Shown here: piece by piece, positions 18,425 through 27,125 of the stretch | Layout of the letters: each line of letters opens with the position of its first letter | How positions within the stretch are numbered: the first letter of the stretch is position 1 | DNA from: Candidatus Caldarchaeum sp. | GTDB lineage: Archaea; Thermoproteota; Nitrososphaeria_A; Caldarchaeales; Caldarchaeaceae | DNA length: 64,000 nt | Direction: 5' to 3' | NCBI GenBank assembly: GCA_038831915.1 | Contig: JAWBKB010000004.1 | Span: 32,001-96,000 of the forward strand | Program-made: the position numbers and the translations under genes | Notes under the pieces: generated by a model | Databases searched by the model: none | The model's input: only the letters and a program-made list of their open reading frames with translations | What the model was told of the DNA's origin: nothing

Positions 18425-19145
18425 TCGGCGTCGTTGGAATTCTCGCCCTAACGGCTTTGTACACTGGTATTGCGACAGCTGAACCCACGACGACCTGGCC
18501 GATGTTTAATGGAATTTCGGCGACTGGCACGATGTCAGGCAACACTCCGAGCCACACCGCTAGCATCTCATAGAGGAAGTAACCTGTCACCATTACGAGT
18601 CCCGCTGCAAGAAGCGATATGACGAGCCATGCTTCAACCTCTTTTCGGCGGAAAACGTAGTACGCTGGGACGGCGGAGCCGAGCAGCGCCAGAACCACCC
18701 ATGTCACGGGGCTGACGAGAACCGTGAATGTTTCTCCACCCAGTGGAGTTATTTCAACCAACCCGCTCATGAGGAAAATGCCGACGGAAATCAGAATTCC
18801 GAAGTAAACCCCCACCATGATGGCTGATAATAGCAATGCATTTGGGAAGTTGATTCGCCGCAGCCTTTGATATAGTATGGCGGCGACTGCTCCTTCAGCG
18901 GCTTTGATGACCAAAGTTCCAGGCGCAAAGACTGCGTAGCCGAGCACAATGTCAGCAATCGCTGAGCCTACTCCTCCAGCGAAAGCACCTACGAATGGCC
19001 CGCCGATGAGAGCCGCAAGATATACCATGGTTTCGCCGAGGTTGAAATAGCCACGGGTGAGCGGGAAGTAAACGCTCAAAACCATTGTTGCTGCCGCGAC
19101 CAACGCGGTGAAAACCACGGCCAATGCAATGGTGGAGCCTTTCAT
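18414..19145 (-). CDS. ECF transporter S component
   Basis: TRGYFNLGETMVY..GGVGSAIAD..APGTLVIK pattern; multi-TM. Confidence 0.85.
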   Translation of the reverse strand: MKGSTIALAVVFTALVAAATMVLSVYFPLTRGYFNLGETMVYLAALIGGPFVGAFAGGVGSAIADIVLGYAVFAPGTLVIKAAEGAVAAILYQRLRRINFPNALLLSAIMVGVYFGILISVGIFLMSGLVEITPLGGETFTVLVSPVTWVVLALLGSAVPAYYVFRRKEVEAWLVISLLAAGLVMVTGYFLYEMLAVWLGVLPDIVPVAEIPLNIGQVVVGSAVAIPVYKAVRARIPTTPISR

Positions 19146-19177
19146 AAGACGTCGGTGTGATTTTGGAATAATAAATT

Positions 19178-19744
19178 TTATGGCTTTTCAACCAATGAAA
19201 GCTGGAATGTTTTTTCGGAGGCTTCTGCTTTTCGCATTTTATCAACCATGTCACGGAGGTCGAGTTCGCGGTATCTGTCTGGAGCCGCTGACAAAGCCCT
19301 CAGCGCTCTTTTAATGATTGAATGGAATCCATTCCTGTCATTTTTCTGCAGATGTACATACGCCGCTGCCGTCAGAATAATACCGTGCAAAATTGTTTTT
19401 TCCTCACCTTTGGCCTCTTTCCACAGCGGTTCAAGTGCTTCATGAGCCTCCCAAAACCGCTCAGCGTTGAAGAGCTCCAGCGCCTTCACGAACTCCGCAT
19501 CCCTGTCGATTACAGTTTTTTCGACAAGCTCGACGACTTCGATTATCTCAAAGCCGTGGAGAATTGGATTTTCACCGCTCTGTACATCGATTTCAACATG
19601 GTTCGAAGCAACACGAACGTCGACGACTTTCAAACCCTGCGACCGTACGACTTCAATCAGCCGCCTCGAATCTTCAGGCCCATAGCCATCATTTCTAACG
19701 ATGATGATGAAACGCTTCATCTCGACGTAGTTTCCATTACCCAT
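19178..19744 (-). CDS. DUF309-domain protein
   Basis: LFNAERFWEAHEALEPLW..GII..AAAYVH motif. Confidence 0.85.
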   Translation of the reverse strand: MGNGNYVEMKRFIIIVRNDGYGPEDSRRLIEVVRSQGLKVVDVRVASNHVEIDVQSGENPILHGFEIIEVVELVEKTVIDRDAEFVKALELFNAERFWEAHEALEPLWKEAKGEEKTILHGIILTAAAYVHLQKNDRNGFHSIIKRALRALSAAPDRYRELDLRDMVDKMRKAEASEKTFQLSLVEKP

Positions 19745-20058
19745 TCGAGATAATCCTTGTTCACGTCGGAAAGCAGCAGCTCTAAAATCGCCGGGACCCT
19801 GTATGGATGCTCGGCCTTAACGACCTTTTTCAGTTCGTCAGCTTTCTCACGACTTGTCTTCATCACGAGAATAATTTCGTCCTCTACATGCAGTCTACCC
19901 TCCCAGAAGAGGAAGGATTTCCCATGCAAGGCGTTTATGCTCGCAGCCAACTTTCTCTCCATGAGGCTTTTGCACCAGGCTGCGTAATCGCGGTCCGCCG
20001 GGAAAGGCACATAAAGCATGCAGATCAATTTCACATCCAAAACCTCCAACCGTCTCAC
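19717..20058 (-). CDS. cutA: Divalent cation tolerance protein CutA
   Basis: KLAASIN..S..FWEG, E..LVMKT, HPYRVPAI, YLEW. Confidence 0.88.
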   Translation of the reverse strand: MRRLEVLDVKLICMLYVPFPADRDYAAWCKSLMERKLAASINALHGKSFLFWEGRLHVEDEIILVMKTSREKADELKKVVKAEHPYRVPAILELLLSDVNKDYLEWVMETTSR

Positions 20059-20109
20059 ATCTCACGGTGACATTAAAATTCTTGTAGAAAGCCTTTCTCT
20101 GGGAAAATT

Positions 20110-22023
20110 ATGTTACCATACGCGCCTTGGCTGGCGTGGATAACACCCCTCATCGGCAGCCTCTTCGTTCCTCTGGCCTTTCGCGGAGGAAAGAGGGTGG
20201 GAGAAATTTATTCTGTCCTCGTCGCGTTTGTCGCCGCTGCTTTCAGCCTCTCCATGATTCCAGACGTCTATGGGAAAGCGCGTGGAGAGGTTATAGAGGT
20301 GCCTTGGATACCTTTGGGCGGGGACCGTTACATCGAAGCGAGCCTGCTGGTCGACCCGCTGAGCGTCTTGATGGCCTCTATCGCGACGGGAATAGGCGCC
20401 CTAATCGTGCTTTACAGCGTTGGATACATGGCTCATGAAGACGGGCTGCCTCGTTACTACTTCTTTATGCTGTTTTTCATCGGAGGCATGACCCTTCTCG
20501 TCCTGTCTGAAAACCTGTTGATGCTATACATCGGATGGGAAATCGTCGGACTGTGCAGCTACGCCCTCATCGGTTTTTACAACAAAAAACCCGAAGCAAA
20601 CCACGCCGGCATCAAGGCTTTCGTGACGACAAGAATCGGAGACGCGTCAATGCTCGTTGGAATTGTGATTCTGTTTGTTGTTTTCGGCACATTCAGTTTC
20701 ACAGAGCTTGAAAAAGCCATGCTTAAAGGCATTCAGGAGGGAACTGTTTCAGCGGCGTTTCTATTCATACCGTTTCTACTGCTGTTTGGAGGAGCGGTTG
20801 GAAAGTCCGCGCAATTCCCGCTTCATGTTTGGCTTCCCGACGCCATGGAAGGCCCGACACCTGTTTCCGCGCTTATCCACGCTGCAACCATGGTCAAAGC
20901 AGGCGTATACCTCGTTGCCCGGATTATCTACACAGTCATCCCGTTCGAAGCCTTTCCACCGGCTCTTTTTGCAGACTGGTACCTCACCATCGCGCTAATC
21001 GCTGGCTTCACCGCATTCTTTGCAGCCACCATGGGCCTTGTATCGCCTGACATCAAACGGGTTATAGCCTATTCGACCATCAGCCAGCTTGGGCTTATGC
21101 TCGCCGCATTGGGAATGGCTTCTGAAATAGGCTGGTTCGGCGGTGTCTTTCACGTCTTAAGCCACAGCATCTTCAAAGCACTGCTATTCCTCGCAGCCGG
21201 GGCGGTCATCCACGCAGTTCACACAAACAACCTCGACGAAATGGGAGGCCTTCGCAACAAAATGCCTATCACATTCTGGACATCCACGGTGGGAGTTCTC
21301 TCCCTCGCAGGAGTGCCATTACTCAGCGGTTTCTGGAGCAAAGACATCATCATCGAATCATCCCTGAAATCAGCAAACTACGTCGTCTACCTTTTCATCG
21401 TAGGTGCATCAGTTTTGACCGTGGCATACAGCCTACGGTGGCTTTACAAAGTTTTCCTTGCACCGTCCAACCACGTCCATCATAACCATGTTCACGAAGC
21501 GCCGAAAGTAATGACTGTTCCGCTAATCATCCTCGCAGCACTTTCCGTAATCGTCGGCGTAACAGGACTCTGGTTCGAAGAAGAATTCCATCACTATCTC
21601 GGGCTGCATGGAAAATTCTCCGTAAGCCCCGCGACCTATGCAACCACTGCAGCCATTCTCGCAGTGGGCGGGGGGCTAGGATACATCTTCTACATCGGCG
21701 CTGTGCGAAACCCCGCGGACATAAGGCAAACACCACTCGGAGCATCACTACACAAACTTTTCATCAATAGATACTACATCGACGCATTTTACTACAGAGC
21801 CTTCGTCGAGGGGCTTGACAGACTTGCCTCAGCAATCCATAAATTCATAGAGCTGAAAGTAATTGATGGGTTCAACTACTTCATTTCACGCGTCACCGTA
21901 AGCTTCGTACAGGTTTTCCGAAATATTCAGACGGGAGAAAGCAACATTAACATTAGCGGCCTCATCATAGGTCTCGCAATCTTCCTTCTACTCATCCTAA
22001 GATTTCTGTACGGGCTTGGTTGA
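20110..22023 (+). CDS. nuoL: NADH:quinone oxidoreductase subunit L / MrpA-like antiporter subunit
   Basis: GWEIVGLCSY.LIGF, GKSAQFPLHVWLPDAMEGPTPVSALIHAATMVKAG, FWSKD, long C-terminal extension. Confidence 0.92.
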   Translation: MLPYAPWLAWITPLIGSLFVPLAFRGGKRVGEIYSVLVAFVAAAFSLSMIPDVYGKARGEVIEVPWIPLGGDRYIEASLLVDPLSVLMASIATGIGALIVLYSVGYMAHEDGLPRYYFFMLFFIGGMTLLVLSENLLMLYIGWEIVGLCSYALIGFYNKKPEANHAGIKAFVTTRIGDASMLVGIVILFVVFGTFSFTELEKAMLKGIQEGTVSAAFLFIPFLLLFGGAVGKSAQFPLHVWLPDAMEGPTPVSALIHAATMVKAGVYLVARIIYTVIPFEAFPPALFADWYLTIALIAGFTAFFAATMGLVSPDIKRVIAYSTISQLGLMLAALGMASEIGWFGGVFHVLSHSIFKALLFLAAGAVIHAVHTNNLDEMGGLRNKMPITFWTSTVGVLSLAGVPLLSGFWSKDIIIESSLKSANYVVYLFIVGASVLTVAYSLRWLYKVFLAPSNHVHHNHVHEAPKVMTVPLIILAALSVIVGVTGLWFEEEFHHYLGLHGKFSVSPATYATTAAILAVGGGLGYIFYIGAVRNPADIRQTPLGASLHKLFINRYYIDAFYYRAFVEGLDRLASAIHKFIELKVIDGFNYFISRVTVSFVQVFRNIQTGESNINISGLIIGLAIFLLLILRFLYGLG

Positions 22024-23398
22024 CAGACTGCAACTTGAAAACACATTTTCTTCCATGCGTCGCACAACATTCGACTTCAACACACATCATTCCTCTGCCA
22101 ATGAAAACGGTTGAACTAGCCGCGATTAAATTGGCTAAACAACCACAAACCGGCTCAGCAGCTTTTATTCCAACGCATAGCTTACACGAGCTGAACTCCA
22201 CAACATAAGTGTCGAAACTTTCTTTTCTGATTCGGGGCTTCATCTCCGTAACTTCTATCAAAAACTTTTCCATGGTTTTCTCAAAGTTGCGCTTTCCATT
22301 TTCAACGCTCATAGCAGCTGCCAAGAGCCTCGCGTACAATTCCGTCAGGAAAAGCGTTAATGATTCGCTTTCCCATGCTTTGGGGAAGTTGACGGAGACA
22401 TAGCTCGAAATAGTGTCCAGCATATCCTTTGTTTCCACACACGCTAAAGTCCGCAGTTTCTGCAGAACTTTTCTCCTGTAATCACCCTGTCCTATTAACC
22501 GCTCTTCGTCATCATCATGTCTGAACATTTTAACAAACCCTCTGTCGACAAAGGCAGCAATCTTTAAAGCAAGATCATCGAGTTTGTCAGGATAAACACG
22601 TTTCAGCATGCCCATCGTCAACCCATTAATCTCTTTCAACAGGAGCAAGTCATTCAGCGGTAAAAGCGGAGAAGAAGCTCCGGTGTAGACGACTTTTAAC
22701 CGATCGTCTGCCAAAAGCTTATGCGCTAAATTTTTTACAGCTGCCTCAACACCTACTACAGGTTCCACGACGATCAGTTCGTCGTTTTTTATCAAATACG
22801 GAATTGGTCTAAGGTGAAAACCCTCTCGGGCTATTCGCATCGGAACGAAAAAGTTTTGAAATTTGCTGGCGCTTTTCTCGGTCGTAAGCTCGATTGCGCC
22901 GTCCACAATCGCGATGAGTTTTTTTTCAAAATCGCTAAATGTCTTTTTGGGTAAGAGGAAAAATTCGAGATGGCCTGTCTGTTTTATTTCGGCTCTCCAA
23001 AAATCGATGAGCCTGAGAACCTGCTCCGCGCCATGTTTAACCAGAAGCTCGGGTAAATAGACATGGACGAAAATTCGGGGAGTGGAAGCTCTCCTAACCT
23101 TGTTAACAGCTATCGAAAGTTCTTGAAGGTTGTCGACCTCGACGATGGATCTGTTAAAACGGCCTACGTAGCTTTGCCTAGGTGAAACAAACTCTGTCAA
23201 CGGCTGGTTTTTGTAAAGTTTCCGAATAAACTCAGCCGCTTCGCTAAAAGTTTCGTCCAAAACAAGAATAGACATCCCCCATGAAATATCAACGATGTTA
23301 TCAAACTGCCTATTTCCCGTTAAAGCAGGTGTAACATCATGTCCTGCGACCTTCAAAATATCGTTCCCGACTACGACCACCACCTTTTGATTTGTCAC
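21992..23398 (-). CDS. Degenerate KaiC/RecA-like ATPase domain fused to a C-terminal V4R (Cys-rich small-molecule-binding) domain
   Basis: TGNRQFDNIV..GMSILV (KaiC start without an intact Walker A), IVDGAIEL; C-terminal SCKLC..PVCG..CVEVECCATHGRKCVFKL is V4R-like. Confidence 0.7.
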   Translation of the reverse strand: MTNQKVVVVVGNDILKVAGHDVTPALTGNRQFDNIVDISWGMSILVLDETFSEAAEFIRKLYKNQPLTEFVSPRQSYVGRFNRSIVEVDNLQELSIAVNKVRRASTPRIFVHVYLPELLVKHGAEQVLRLIDFWRAEIKQTGHLEFFLLPKKTFSDFEKKLIAIVDGAIELTTEKSASKFQNFFVPMRIAREGFHLRPIPYLIKNDELIVVEPVVGVEAAVKNLAHKLLADDRLKVVYTGASSPLLPLNDLLLLKEINGLTMGMLKRVYPDKLDDLALKIAAFVDRGFVKMFRHDDDEERLIGQGDYRRKVLQKLRTLACVETKDMLDTISSYVSVNFPKAWESESLTLFLTELYARLLAAAMSVENGKRNFEKTMEKFLIEVTEMKPRIRKESFDTYVVEFSSCKLCVGIKAAEPVCGCLANLIAASSTVFIGRGMMCVEVECCATHGRKCVFKLQSVNQARTEILG

Positions 23399-23437
23399 AA
23401 TCCTATATTAGCCTTAACAGGCATCAGACCAACTATT

Positions 23438-23506
23438 TGCACGAATACATCGCGAAACACGTGCATTGGCCAATAGGTGTACGATGTAGACAGGACACCT
23501 TTGGCC
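23438..23506 (-). promoter_or_regulatory. Two tandem hairpins in the putative 5' leader of the KaiC-V4R gene
   Basis: TGCACG(23438)..CGTGCA(23465) and GGCCAA-T-AGGTGT(23468)..ACACCT-TTGGCC(23506); TATA-like TTTATAA at about 23521 and 23540 upstream on the minus strand. Confidence 0.4.
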
Positions 23507-23605
23507 GATTTCTCTCTATATTTATAATGTGTCGCAATCTTTATAAGTTATTGTGTAAAATCAAAACGAAAAACTTTTTTCCAACCCAATCCGCTATAAA
23601 TCGAA

Positions 23606-23755
23606 ATGATCGGAATAATGAACCAAATCAGGTTTGTCCTATCAATCGGCCCATCCAGAGAATCGTTGATAGCTCTTGCCGCCTTGGCGGCCGTTCTCGC
23701 CATACAGCTTATCGCAGCAGCATCAGCGGGTAGGCTTATCGACGCGTCAGATTAA
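23606..23755 (+). CDS. Small hydrophobic, signal-peptide-like protein (49 aa, or 45 aa from ATG 23618); not in the supplied ORF track
   Basis: MIGIMNQIRFVLSIGPSRESLIALAALAAVLAIQLIAAASAGRLIDASD*; fills the intergenic gap, CTATAAA at 23594-23600 upstream, stop lies 8 nt from the stop of the convergent regulator. Confidence 0.55.
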   Translation: MIGIMNQIRFVLSIGPSRESLIALAALAAVLAIQLIAAASAGRLIDASD

Positions 23756-23763
23756 ACGCAGTA

Positions 23764-24771
23764 TCATACCCGTATTGTTTTCAACATTTTTTCTGCTTCA
23801 GCTATGAATTCAGCGACACCAGTCCAGCCAATTTCGAGCTGAAGTTCCACTGGTACCGCATATCGTCTTACTTCATATGGATTGATGATATGCATTTCTG
23901 CTTTTTCAGCGGGTTCAAGCCAAGGTGGCATGTGAAGACGAACTAATGCCCTTTTTCTGCTTATCGATACAGAGTGGAGAAAGTCTTCGTAAAACTCGTT
24001 TGTACTGTTAGGCAAGCTGACAAGCATGTATTTGACGTCTTCGTGATGTGTTTGCCTCACAGGCACGTATCCGGTCACGAGTCTTCCCGCCTCGACATGT
24101 TTCTCACGATGATAACTAATGAGTTGCGGCGAAACGTTGCAGTTCTTCGAGATTTCTTTCATCTTTATCCTAGGGTTTAGCTCTAGTTCTTCGAGTATTG
24201 CCAAATCCAATTTATCGAAAAAGGTTCTCGCGTTGGTTTCACTGTACGGTATGGTTGGAACAATCAGTTGCATTTTTCGGTCCCAGCGAGTTTGGTCAAA
24301 ACTATACATCGATATCCATTCGGGTTTGTAGTAACCGTCGACGATTTCCTCGACAAGGCAATTTTCGAAGACACCCGCGTCCTGCAAAAATTCAAACAGC
24401 CGAACATAGTTGTCTTTGTCGTCCTCAGGCGGAACCGTTTGGAAGAAGAACTCACCGCTGTTTTGAAGCGACGCTCTGTAAACAGTGTAGACGCGGTCTA
24501 GCCAATTAACAACCGTGTTTCGTATTGATTCGTTTATTTGCCTACTGAACCTGACAAACACCATGTGCGGCGAAAGCCCAATCGCTCGATAGTCAACGAC
24601 TGGTAGAAACCTGAAACCAGCTTCGTGAAACTTCTTCAGATAGTATCGACATGTTTCGACCGGGATGTCCAAGTCGAAGGCAATTCTGTTGACGCGAGTC
24701 GGGCCGTATTTAATCGCTGCTGCGATCACTGACGTGAAGGCCCATCGTGTGTCCGGTGATGATAGTTTCAT
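23764..24771 (-). CDS. Lrp/AsnC-like winged-helix transcriptional regulator with two HTH modules
   Basis: N-terminal HTH (RIAFDLDIPVETCRYYLKK..VDYRAIGL) and a second module FDKLDLAILEELELNPR..EIS..VSPQLISYH. Confidence 0.75.
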   Translation of the reverse strand: MKLSSPDTRWAFTSVIAAAIKYGPTRVNRIAFDLDIPVETCRYYLKKFHEAGFRFLPVVDYRAIGLSPHMVFVRFSRQINESIRNTVVNWLDRVYTVYRASLQNSGEFFFQTVPPEDDKDNYVRLFEFLQDAGVFENCLVEEIVDGYYKPEWISMYSFDQTRWDRKMQLIVPTIPYSETNARTFFDKLDLAILEELELNPRIKMKEISKNCNVSPQLISYHREKHVEAGRLVTGYVPVRQTHHEDVKYMLVSLPNSTNEFYEDFLHSVSISRKRALVRLHMPPWLEPAEKAEMHIINPYEVRRYAVPVELQLEIGWTGVAEFIAEAEKMLKTIRV

Positions 24772-24885
24772 CGGTTATAGAAACATTTATTAGTATTTAT
24801 GCGTTTTAAAATCGCTTTTGGTTTTTTGTTTAGCCAACACGCGGCTCTACAAGCATTAAATTGTAGTTTTTAAAATTGTTGGCGG

Positions 24886-26373
24886 ATGTTGCCTGGAACG
24901 GAGCTCAAAATTCCACTGCTTTCTCTCGCTGTCATCCTTCCCATCGTTTTGACTCCTTTCACGTTTCTGGTTGGCCGCGTTGCCTCGTGGAGAGCCGCGG
25001 CACTTTTCACCGCCGCCACCCTGTTTCTTCCTCTGGCCATGACTCTCATTTTGACACCGGCGGTTTTGGCGGGACAGTATTTTCACGAGGAATATGAATG
25101 GGTTCCGGCTTTCGGGCTGAAGGTCGGCTTCGTCCTAGATAGTCTAAGCTACCCATTCATGCTTCTCATAACTCTGGTAGGCTTCCTCGCCGCAATCTAT
25201 TCCACCAAATACATGGAAAAGGAGCACGGGTTGACAGCTTACTATACGTTGCTTCAATTGTTCGTCGCTGGGATGATTGGCGTCGTCCTCGTCACAAACC
25301 TCTTTCTGTTCTACATTTTCTGGGAGCTGATGTTAATACCTTCCTACGGTTTAATCGCTTATTGGGGAACCGGCAACCCTCGCTTAATAGGGTTCAAATA
25401 TTTCATATTCACACATGCCGGAGCTCTGTCCTTGTTGATCGGCATCGCTTGGCTCGCCGCTGTCTTCGGCGACCTAAACATTTTCACACTTTCAAACCTC
25501 GCCCTGAGCGCGGCCGAATCACTGAGGCCCGTTCTCACGATCATCGGGTTGTTGATTTTCATAGGAGCGGCGGTCAAGATGGCTGTTTTTCCGTTTCACA
25601 CATGGTTGCCAGATGCTCACGCTGAAGCTCCAACACCAATAAGCGTCTTGCTAAGCGGTGTGATGATTAAAACAGGTGTTTACGCGGTGGCGAGGCTTGT
25701 GCTCGGCATACTGCCTTTCACCATGGTCGACCTCCGTCTCCCCATTGCCGTGCTTGCTCTCATCAGCATGGTGTGGGGAGGAGTGATGGCCTTGGTTCAA
25801 ACAGACATCAAACGACTTCTGGCCTACAGCAGCATCAGCCAAATCGGCTACATAGTTTTCGGCCTTGCCACGGCAAACGTCGCGGGAATTCAAGGCGGAC
25901 TATTCCACGTTCTAAACCATGGGTTTGCAAAAAGCCTACTTTTCATGGGCGCCGGCGTCTTAATCCACGAAGTAAACGAACGAGATATCCGAAAGCTAGG
26001 CGGCCTCGCCTCCAAAATGCCTTTGACAGCCATTGCGATGCTTCTCGGCGGCTTATCCATCGCGGGCACTCCACCGCTCGGCGGGTTCATGAGTGAATGG
26101 ATGATTTTCGTCGGCGGCGTAGACGCGGGATGGACACTTTTCGTCGCTGTCGCTATCTTCGCCACCGCGATCACCGCGGGTTACTATCTTCGAATGATTC
26201 GAGCGGTCTTCTTCGGTGAAGGGACGCTTAAAGCATCCGACCCGGGTTTAGCCATGCTGGGCCCGATGTCACCGCTCATAGTGCTCGTTATTATCCTCGG
26301 TTTTCTCGCATCTCCTTTGATAGCCGTTGTCTCTCAAACCGCTTCATCGCTTGCCCTTTTCGTCCCTGCTTGA
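24886..26373 (+). CDS. nuoM: NADH:quinone oxidoreductase subunit M / MrpD-like subunit
   Basis: FYIFWELMLIPSY, VKMAVFPFHTWLPDAHAEAPTPISVLLSGVMIKTG, DIKRLLAYSS. Confidence 0.88.
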   Translation: MLPGTELKIPLLSLAVILPIVLTPFTFLVGRVASWRAAALFTAATLFLPLAMTLILTPAVLAGQYFHEEYEWVPAFGLKVGFVLDSLSYPFMLLITLVGFLAAIYSTKYMEKEHGLTAYYTLLQLFVAGMIGVVLVTNLFLFYIFWELMLIPSYGLIAYWGTGNPRLIGFKYFIFTHAGALSLLIGIAWLAAVFGDLNIFTLSNLALSAAESLRPVLTIIGLLIFIGAAVKMAVFPFHTWLPDAHAEAPTPISVLLSGVMIKTGVYAVARLVLGILPFTMVDLRLPIAVLALISMVWGGVMALVQTDIKRLLAYSSISQIGYIVFGLATANVAGIQGGLFHVLNHGFAKSLLFMGAGVLIHEVNERDIRKLGGLASKMPLTAIAMLLGGLSIAGTPPLGGFMSEWMIFVGGVDAGWTLFVAVAIFATAITAGYYLRMIRAVFFGEGTLKASDPGLAMLGPMSPLIVLVIILGFLASPLIAVVSQTASSLALFVPA

Positions 26374-27114
26374 CATTTGATCGACTAAGGCCGAAATTCG
26401 GCCAGTTAACTCGCTTATCAAAGCGTCACGGTTTTCTGGATTCGCTACGACGAGTTCAATCTCCGCGTCAACCGAGGATTGTCCAAATTTTTTGACAGTA
26501 AACATAGGTGGAAACCGATGGTCGAAGTTGGCCCGGTATTTGTAGACCTGCTTCAAAATAGCTGCTTCAGCTTCTGGCAGGCTTATGGTCGCTGGAATTG
26601 AAACAGGGATAGTTAACCTTCTCGACGCGACCGATGTTTTGTTAACAAGTACTTGTTTTAGAAACAGAGAGTTGGGCACCGCGATTAGAGAGCCTTCGGA
26701 GCCGAGGAGAAGAGTTGTTACTTGGTTGATTTCGATTACTTTCCCCGCATACTTACCGATTTGAATTTCATCCCCTTTTTTAAACGGCAAGTACACGCCT
26801 ACGAGCACCTTCGAGAACAGGTTGGGTAGCAAATCACGCAAGCCGACGACGACAAAAATCCCACCTAAGGCGATTAAAAGCAAAAGTACGTCCAGTACCA
26901 GTCCAAGCTGGTTTACCGCGACCAGTAATCCAACAAGCCAGACGAACAACGTGGCTAGACGCGCAGCCTGGTCAACCGTCAGCACAGGCACCGCTCTTAA
27001 CGCGGTTCTCACCACTGCGTTCACCAATCTCGCCAAAACAAACGTGACTAAGATGACGGCTGTGAAAACAAGAACACGTGAAAAAACCATCGATAAATCC
27101 ATCCAGCCAAGCAT
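26344..27114 (-). CDS. mscS: Small-conductance mechanosensitive channel (MscS family)
   Basis: Three N-terminal TMs, PFKKGDEIQIG..GKVIEIN..T, IAVPNS. Confidence 0.85.
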   Translation of the reverse strand: MLGWMDLSMVFSRVLVFTAVILVTFVLARLVNAVVRTALRAVPVLTVDQAARLATLFVWLVGLLVAVNQLGLVLDVLLLLIALGGIFVVVGLRDLLPNLFSKVLVGVYLPFKKGDEIQIGKYAGKVIEINQVTTLLLGSEGSLIAVPNSLFLKQVLVNKTSVASRRLTIPVSIPATISLPEAEAAILKQVYKYRANFDHRFPPMFTVKKFGQSSVDAEIELVVANPENRDALISELTGRISALVDQMSSRDEKGKR

Positions 27115-27125
27115 CGGTGATACGT

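Noticed and set aside
23392-23733. 113-aa plus-strand ORF from the track
   Set aside because: It runs through AT-rich promoter sequence with atypical composition; the 49-aa frame 23606..23755 is more protein-like
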